A stretch of 64,000 bases of DNA from an uncultured Gammaproteobacteria bacterium (GTDB lineage: Bacteria > Patescibacteriota > Patescibacteriia > VMEV01 > CAYQCH01): positions 173,804 to 237,803 of the forward strand of contig CAZDCG010000001.1 of the NCBI GenBank assembly GCA_964503955.1, read 5' to 3'. Every line of letters begins with the position of its first letter. The first letter of the stretch is position 1. This document shows, one piece after another, positions 58,787-64,000 of this stretch. A program made the translations under genes and the position numbers. The notes under the pieces are model-generated. The model made no database searches and was not told the DNA's origin. It saw only the letters and a program-made list of their open reading frames with translations.

Positions 58787-59230
58787 ATGGGAAATGACTA
58801 TCGGGAAAAGAAAAAGGGCGGATGGAAAGGACGGACAAAGTTCGGTGGAAACCGTTCATGGAAACCGGGGAGAAACAGCGGCCGACCTGAGCGCGCTTCG
58901 GTGCACCAAGCCGTTTGTGACACATGTGGTAAAGATTGCGATGTACCTTTCAAGCCAACTGGAAGCAAACCGGTTCTCTGCAGAGAGTGTTTTCGAAAAG
59001 AGGGCGGTTCAAGACAGTTCGGCGGAAATTCCTACGGACATCGTGATGACAGACGGCAAGCCGGCGGGCATGACCGAGGCAACAGCAAAACCAATGAACA
59101 GTTCAAAATGATCAATGCGAAGCTTGACGCCATCATCGACGCTTTGGCGGCACAAGGGATGATGTCAGATCAAGGAAAAAGCGAAACTCCCAAGAAAAAG
59201 TTCTGGGGAAGAAAAAAAGTTACGTTCTAA
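58787..59230 (+). CDS. CxxC-x17-CxxC domain protein
   Basis: HQAVCDTCGKDCDVPFKPTGSKPVLCRECF; INAKLD. Confidence 0.92.
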   Translation: MGNDYREKKKGGWKGRTKFGGNRSWKPGRNSGRPERASVHQAVCDTCGKDCDVPFKPTGSKPVLCRECFRKEGGSRQFGGNSYGHRDDRRQAGGHDRGNSKTNEQFKMINAKLDAIIDALAAQGMMSDQGKSETPKKKFWGRKKVTF

Positions 59231-59236
59231 GACAAT

Positions 59237-59267
59237 AAAACGCGCCGGAAATTCCGGCGCGTTTTTT
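59237..59267 (+). terminator. Intrinsic terminator
   Basis: AAAACGCGCCGGAA-TTCCGGCGCGTTTTTT. Confidence 0.8.
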
Positions 59268-59393
59268 CATTCTCGCTTTTTTCCTTCTGCGTTACAGTAC
59301 TACTTCATATAAGAATTCCGTCGGGCGGGGGCTCCGTCCCCGCCACGCACAGACGCCCCTCACCGAATTTTTGACTGCTCCAGATCAATCCAG

Positions 59394-59474
59394 TCCCCCT
59401 TTTCTAGGGGGAAGAACATTCTTCATTGCCTGTCCGGCTCCCCCTCTCTTTTGAAGAGAGGGGCTGGGGGTGAG
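59394..59474. repeat. REP-like palindrome pair
   Basis: TCCCCCT..AGGGGGA and CCCCTCTCTT-ttg-AAGAGAGGGG-CTGGGGGTGAG. Confidence 0.6.
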
Positions 59475-59591
59475 ATCATCATTTAGCAGAGATAACTCAT
59501 CAAATTTTAAGAGGCTCGGAGAACCAAGGACCGAAGTCCAAAGGTTTTCCGAGCCTCAAGCTCGCCCGCCTCTGGCGAGGCCTAGTACCGA

Positions 59592-59860
59592 TCACTCCCC
59601 GGCGAAAGCGGGAACCGCGTCGTCCCTGCCCCGATCGTCGACGCAGTGCTGGTCCAGGCTGATCTGCCCGCCGTGCTGATAGAAGTCGACGAACGGAACG
59701 AACGGCGAAGCCGGATTGCCGCACTCGTAGCCAGCAGCCCACACGTAGGGGACGGTCTGGCCATCCATCGCCTTCACCCACGTCGGGTGATGCGCGGCAG
59801 CCGCGAGGATGCCGGCATGCGGCGACTTCTTTGGGATCACGGACGTCTTCCGGCTGGAGT
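59592..59860 (-). pseudogene. 5'-truncated GC-rich gene fragment resembling the C-terminus of a DGR target protein
   Basis: ...MDGQTVPYVWAAGY...FVPFVDFYQHGGQISLDQHCVDDRGRDDAVPAFAGE*; NNC/NNT-rich 3' end; downstream hairpin 59511-59557. Confidence 0.5.
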
Positions 59861-59890
59861 TTTAGCTAAAATTAGATAAAAACCACCATA

Positions 59891-60041
59891 TCTCTCCCGA
59901 GCGCCAGCCAAGGCCTGCCTGCCGGCAGGCAGGATCTTATCTCTAGGGATATGCTAAGTCGGATTATCCCGAGAGGTGAGATCCCTCCATTCCGCGGAGT
60001 TTACCCTGAGCGTCAGCCGAATGGGCTCCAGTCGGGATGAC
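59891..60041. repeat. Composite REP-like element with nested palindromes
   Basis: TCCCGAGCG...AGATCCCTC...TCGGGATGAC frame, containing the perfect 20-bp palindrome CCTGCCTGCCGGCAGGCAGG (59914-59933). Confidence 0.65.
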
Positions 60042-60115
60042 CATGCGAGCCCAAGACTTCATTCCCGTTCTTTCAAATTGTGCGAACAGGCTGAAACCGT
60101 TAAACTGCCTAATAT

Positions 60116-60493
60116 ATGACTATCTCAAAAAAGCCTCTCATTCTCGGTTTCATCACCGGTGTCGTACTCGTCTTTGTTTCAACCCTTGGTCTTGTTATCG
60201 GTTTGGTTGAATTTCTCCAGCCTTTGCTCTCGCCTGGCACGGAGCTTCTGCGAGGCAGAGCAGAAAATCTGCCGGTTAATCCGCTCCTGCTCGGACTTTT
60301 ACTTAACGGTTTGATTTACATGGTTCTGTTTGGCCTCATTTCCCTTGCCAAACAGCTTAAAGAGAGGTGGATGCGCGTAACAGCAATCGTCCTCATCTTC
60401 ATTGTGTTCATCTTTGCAACCGGCATGACAAACCATATCATGGCCTCCATTGCTTCACCGGATAAATCCTTCATCTTTGGGGTCGGCGCTTAA
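60116..60493 (+). CDS. Hypothetical membrane protein (3 TM)
   Basis: Hydrophobic 125-aa ORF. Confidence 0.75.
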   Translation: MTISKKPLILGFITGVVLVFVSTLGLVIGLVEFLQPLLSPGTELLRGRAENLPVNPLLLGLLLNGLIYMVLFGLISLAKQLKERWMRVTAIVLIFIVFIFATGMTNHIMASIASPDKSFIFGVGA

Positions 60494-60507
60494 ATGACAC
60501 CATAAAC

Positions 60508-60536
60508 AAAGCACGCTTTTTTAAGAGCGTGCTTTA
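60508..60536. terminator. Bidirectional terminator
   Basis: AAAGCACGCT...AGCGTGCTTT between convergent genes. Confidence 0.7.
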
Positions 60537-60539
60537 TTA

Positions 60540-61298
60540 TTATGATTGTTTTTCATGCTGGTCGCAGTAGTACGCGATCGCATCTTTCATGAACTGCGCA
60601 AGTCCCGGCTTGAACTTTTCATAGTAGGCCGTAAAGCGAGGATCGCCGACATACATTTCTCCAAGATTGCGGAACATCTTCACATCGCAATCGTAAAAGA
60701 AGTTGATTCCCTCGTGAGATTTGGCAATCAGCGCTTGAACATCTGGATGCTCAATGCCTTTTTCCATATTGTCTGCAATTGCTTGCGTATGCGCCTCCCC
60801 GTCTTTTTTTAGCTGCTCCATATCTTTCTTTGTCATTTTGCCGACGCGCTCCATGCTTTGCTTATAGGCGTCGGTATTGCCCCAGCGCTGCTTTGCTTCT
60901 TCCTGATACTGTTTTACGTCGTCGTCTTTGAATGGATCATAAAGTTCTTCACCATTCATTGCTTGTTGATTGTTCATAGATATTATTGTTTTATCAATCG
61001 TCTTCATCAACCGATCCAGACGATTGCGTTTTAATCGCAAGAGATTCTTTTGATCCCGAAGGATCTGTGTTTTGTCAGCCGCAGGATTATTGATAATGCG
61101 CTTGATTTCATCAAGCGGAAAATCAAGTTCGCGAAAGAACAGAATCTGCTGCAAACGCAGCAATTCATCTTGTTCGTAATAGCGGTAGCCATTCTTTGCC
61201 ACAAGCGAGGGCTTGAGCAAGCCGATCTCGTCGTAGTAATGAAGCGTGCGCACGCTGATATTGGCCAGTCTGGCTAATTGGCTGATGGTATACGGCAT
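60540..61298 (-). CDS. MerR family regulator with a TipAS domain
   Basis: ISVRTLHYYDEIGLL.P, GYRYY, EAKQRWG, MYV.DPRF..YY. Confidence 0.94.
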   Translation of the reverse strand: MPYTISQLARLANISVRTLHYYDEIGLLKPSLVAKNGYRYYEQDELLRLQQILFFRELDFPLDEIKRIINNPAADKTQILRDQKNLLRLKRNRLDRLMKTIDKTIISMNNQQAMNGEELYDPFKDDDVKQYQEEAKQRWGNTDAYKQSMERVGKMTKKDMEQLKKDGEAHTQAIADNMEKGIEHPDVQALIAKSHEGINFFYDCDVKMFRNLGEMYVGDPRFTAYYEKFKPGLAQFMKDAIAYYCDQHEKQS

Positions 61299-61396
61299 AG
61301 GGTCTCAGGTTGTAAGTTGCAGGTTGCTGGTCGTAGAAACACATTCCTATGACCATGAACGACAACATACAACTGTTCTCGTAGCTACTGAATACC

Positions 61397-61427
61397 ATAG
61401 TAAACTATAACGCAACGTAAGGGTCAA
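61397..61427 (-). promoter_or_regulatory. MerR-type promoter with a 19-bp spacer
   Basis: TTGACC-CTTACGTTGCGTTATAGTT-TACTAT; the long spacer carries an imperfect dyad. Confidence 0.7.
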
Positions 61428-61442
61428 GTGCTCAATTTCCCT

Positions 61443-61820
61443 TTATTTTTCAGCTTTATAGTCATAGTTTCCAAGAAGGAATCCCGCAAATATGCTTTCT
61501 ACCAAAAAATCGAACCAGAACATGTATGAAGTTCCACCTTGCAATAAATAAACAAGATCAACCGCCGCCAGACCCGCCGCGATCGCAGCCGCAAGGAACA
61601 CCACGTTTGAGCGCGGTTGTGTATTTTTTATCTCCACGAGGAAAAACAGTCCCAAGAAGAAAAAGAGAACCGCATTTGCTTGCGTTTTAAACGGATCAGC
61701 AGGATTGCGAGAAAACGCAACAAAACTGTTCAAATCCACAATCCCCCAAAGACCAGTGAATGTGTAGAATACCCCCTGCAGACCAAGAGCCGCCCGGATG
61801 ATTCTCCATTTGTTGGACAT
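61443..61820 (-). CDS. Hypothetical membrane protein (4 TM)
   Basis: QGVFY..TGLW.IV.L.SF, then hydrophobic segments. Confidence 0.75.
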   Translation of the reverse strand: MSNKWRIIRAALGLQGVFYTFTGLWGIVDLNSFVAFSRNPADPFKTQANAVLFFFLGLFFLVEIKNTQPRSNVVFLAAAIAAGLAAVDLVYLLQGGTSYMFWFDFLVESIFAGFLLGNYDYKAEK

Positions 61821-61949
61821 ATGAAGATAATACAGAAAAATGAAAGGATACTCACATTCTGTATTCCCGCTTGAAGAATTGCCGATTTTCTGGTATTCTT
61901 CTCTCCAACCCTAACCATGAGCTCGCATGCATGCGGGCTCTTTGTATCC

Positions 61950-63413
61950 ATGTCAAACGACCGTGTTGTTCTCAGATTTGATGAAGTGACTTTCGGCTAT
62001 GATCGCAAAATCCTTTTGGATGAAGCGAGCTTTTCCGTGCGCAATGACAGCCGCATTGCTTTGATGGGCCAGAATGGAGCTGGCAAATCCACTCTGTTTA
62101 AAATGATCATGGGCGAAACCAGGCCAGATCGCGGGCAAATCCATATCACCCCCAAAGACACGACCATTGCCACAGCACGCCAGGTCATGAAACCTGAGCA
62201 CCTGGATTTGACCGTGCGCGACTATTTCGCCACGGCATTTCGCGAAACCAAATACGACCTAGATAAACGGATCAAAGATGTTTTTGAAATCGTGAATCTG
62301 CAGGCAAATCTTGAAAAGCCGGTTCGTGCGTTCTCCGGGGGCCAGCAGGCGCGGCTCCTGCTTGCGCATGCATTGATTCAGAATCCGGACATTCTGCTTT
62401 TAGACGAGCCGACCAATAATCTCGACCAAGAAGGCATTGATCATCTCACCACCTTTTTGATCATGTACCCAAAAACCTGCATCGTCATTTCCCATGACGC
62501 GGACTTCCTTAACGCATTCACTGATGGCGTCCTCTACTTGGACAGCTTCACGCACAAAGTCGAACAATATACCGGCACCTATCACGACGTGGTCGAAGAA
62601 ATCGCCGCACGCGTAGAGAAGGAACAGATGAAAAACGCCCAAGCAGAAAAAGAAATCAAGCGCCTCAAAGCACAGGCGGAAGTCTTCGCGCATAAAGGAG
62701 GCAAATTGCGCGGAATCGCAAAGAAAATGCGCACGGCTGCCGAAGAAGCGGAAGAAAGCAAAGTGGATGTACGCCGCGAAGACCGCACCATCCGCCCGTT
62801 CACGATTCCCATCCAGGAATTCGATCCTTTTTTTGATGGCAAAATCGTTGAGTTTTCTTCTGTTTCCGTGATTAAAAAAGGCAAAGCCGTGAAAAAAGAT
62901 CTGGATTTGATCCTGCGCAAAAACATGCACTTGCTCATTTCAGGCCCCAACGGGATTGGGAAAAGCACATTGCTTGAAGCACTCGCGACCGGACAAGCCC
63001 AGGGCGCTAAAATTGCAAACGAGATTGAAGTCGGCTACTATCGCCAGGATTTTTCAACGCTGGACTTCTCTCAAAAAGCCTATGACAGCCTTGCAAGCGT
63101 GATGGAAAAGAAAGAAGACCAGGTTTTGCGCGAAGTGGCGGCAAAATTCCTGCTTGATGGAAAAACGCTTGATCAAACCATCAGCGATTTATCGGAAGGG
63201 CAAAAAGGCTTGCTCTCTTTTGCCCGTCTGGTTTTGCAAAAACCCGGCCTGCTGATACTTGATGAACCGACCAACCATATCAATTTCCGCCATCTCCCTG
63301 TCATTGCAAAAGCGCTCGACGAATACGAAGGCGCGATGATTCTTGTCAGCCATATTCCCGATTTTGTAAAGCAAATCCGCATCGATGAAGAAATCGACCT
63401 CAGCCTGATTTAA
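61950..63413 (+). CDS. ABC-F family ATP-binding protein
   Basis: Two NBDs: GQNGAGKS/FSGGQ/LLLDEPTNNLD and GPNGIGKS/LSEGQ/LILDEPTNH; no TM domains. Confidence 0.95.
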   Translation: MSNDRVVLRFDEVTFGYDRKILLDEASFSVRNDSRIALMGQNGAGKSTLFKMIMGETRPDRGQIHITPKDTTIATARQVMKPEHLDLTVRDYFATAFRETKYDLDKRIKDVFEIVNLQANLEKPVRAFSGGQQARLLLAHALIQNPDILLLDEPTNNLDQEGIDHLTTFLIMYPKTCIVISHDADFLNAFTDGVLYLDSFTHKVEQYTGTYHDVVEEIAARVEKEQMKNAQAEKEIKRLKAQAEVFAHKGGKLRGIAKKMRTAAEEAEESKVDVRREDRTIRPFTIPIQEFDPFFDGKIVEFSSVSVIKKGKAVKKDLDLILRKNMHLLISGPNGIGKSTLLEALATGQAQGAKIANEIEVGYYRQDFSTLDFSQKAYDSLASVMEKKEDQVLREVAAKFLLDGKTLDQTISDLSEGQKGLLSFARLVLQKPGLLILDEPTNHINFRHLPVIAKALDEYEGAMILVSHIPDFVKQIRIDEEIDLSLI

Positions 63414-63467
63414 GGCGGCGAGACAGAAAAGTGCTATGATAAAATCAGGTTAACCAGACCTGATTTT

Positions 63468-64000
63468 ATGAAACCCACATTTTACTGTATCAACCGGTGC
63501 GAAGGGAAAAACCAGATTGCCATTGACCTCCTCCAGTCGGCATGCGAAAAGCAAGGCATCAAATTCACGCTGATTGACGCTGAAAAAGCAGATTTTGCCG
63601 ATCTTCCAAAACCAACAAGCAAGGATGCCGTTTATAATCTGAGCAGGACAAGCCGCTCCAGAAGAATTGAACAGCAGTTGGTGCATGCGCGGGTGAAATC
63701 TTTTTACAAAAATCCGATGACCGCGATCGTGAAACCGGATAATGTCATTGACGGGACATTGATCATGGAAAAAGCAGGAGTTCCTATTATCCCGACCGTC
63801 TATGGCCTGCCCCGTGGCAAGGCACAAGCCGAAAGTACGGCGAAAGCACTCAATGGATTTCCATTGGTTATTAAAACAATAGGAGGCATGCACGGCATTG
63901 GCGTAATCAAAACGGATTCCATGGACAGCTTCTCCTCGCTTTGCGATTACCTGAGCAAGCAAGGCGTCCCAGGGATCATCAGAGCTTTCATCAAACACAA
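63468..64000 (+). CDS. RimK-like ATP-grasp protein (runs off the window end)
   Basis: Manual translation MKPTFYCINR...AGVPIIPT...GFPLVIKTIGGMHGIGVIK...FIKH; not in the ORF track. Confidence 0.85.
   Translation, partial: MKPTFYCINRCEGKNQIAIDLLQSACEKQGIKFTLIDAEKADFADLPKPTSKDAVYNLSRTSRSRRIEQQLVHARVKSFYKNPMTAIVKPDNVIDGTLIMEKAGVPIIPTVYGLPRGKAQAESTAKALNGFPLVIKTIGGMHGIGVIKTDSMDSFSSLCDYLSKQGVPGIIRAFIKH

Noticed and set aside
63450-63998. 182-aa minus-strand ORF
   Set aside because: It is antisense to the RimK-like gene starting at 63468.
1-64000. Alternative genetic code (TGA recoding) or prophage
   Set aside because: Genes are full length in code 11 and several end in TGA. No phage structural, integrase or replication genes were seen.

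Overview
This is a chromosomal window from a small-genome bacterium using the standard code. The gene repertoire, the mostly Shine-Dalgarno-less starts and a giant surface protein suggest Patescibacteria/CPR, possibly an ABY1/Uhrbacteria-like lineage (inference). Most of the window is housekeeping, stress or metal homeostasis genes: mutS (partial), an ATP-grasp ligase, CofE-like ligase, PBP1A, a MarR-RND efflux operon, VIT1, TrmH, a histidine kinase, msrB, UDG, an RRM protein, PadR, MATE, a 1272-aa Kelch protein, an OYE, several VOC/PhnB genes, a csoR-copZ-copA cluster, TipA-type MerR, ABC-F and a partial RimK-like gene. The standout locus is 40.2-42.0 kb. One intact tRNA-Asn(GTT) is preceded by three extra copies of its own 5' half, alternating with two divergent small GIY-YIG nuclease genes whose last codons and stop (IPR*) are read from the tRNA 5' end. 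The spent tRNA halves are interrupted by 30-48 nt palindromic micro-insertions, and one 44-nt element occurs at two different tRNA positions. A RelE/HTH toxin-antitoxin pair sits between the tRNA 3' end and a degenerate copy of that end. Other notable signals are a probable orphan DGR target fragment inside a cluster of REP-like palindromes (59.3-60.05 kb), dispersed GC-rich orphan genes with SD sites, period-6/7 intergenic repeat hairpins and three unannotated small ORFs. No CRISPR array, rRNA, integrase, transposase or reverse transcriptase was seen. All calls are by eye; no searches were run.
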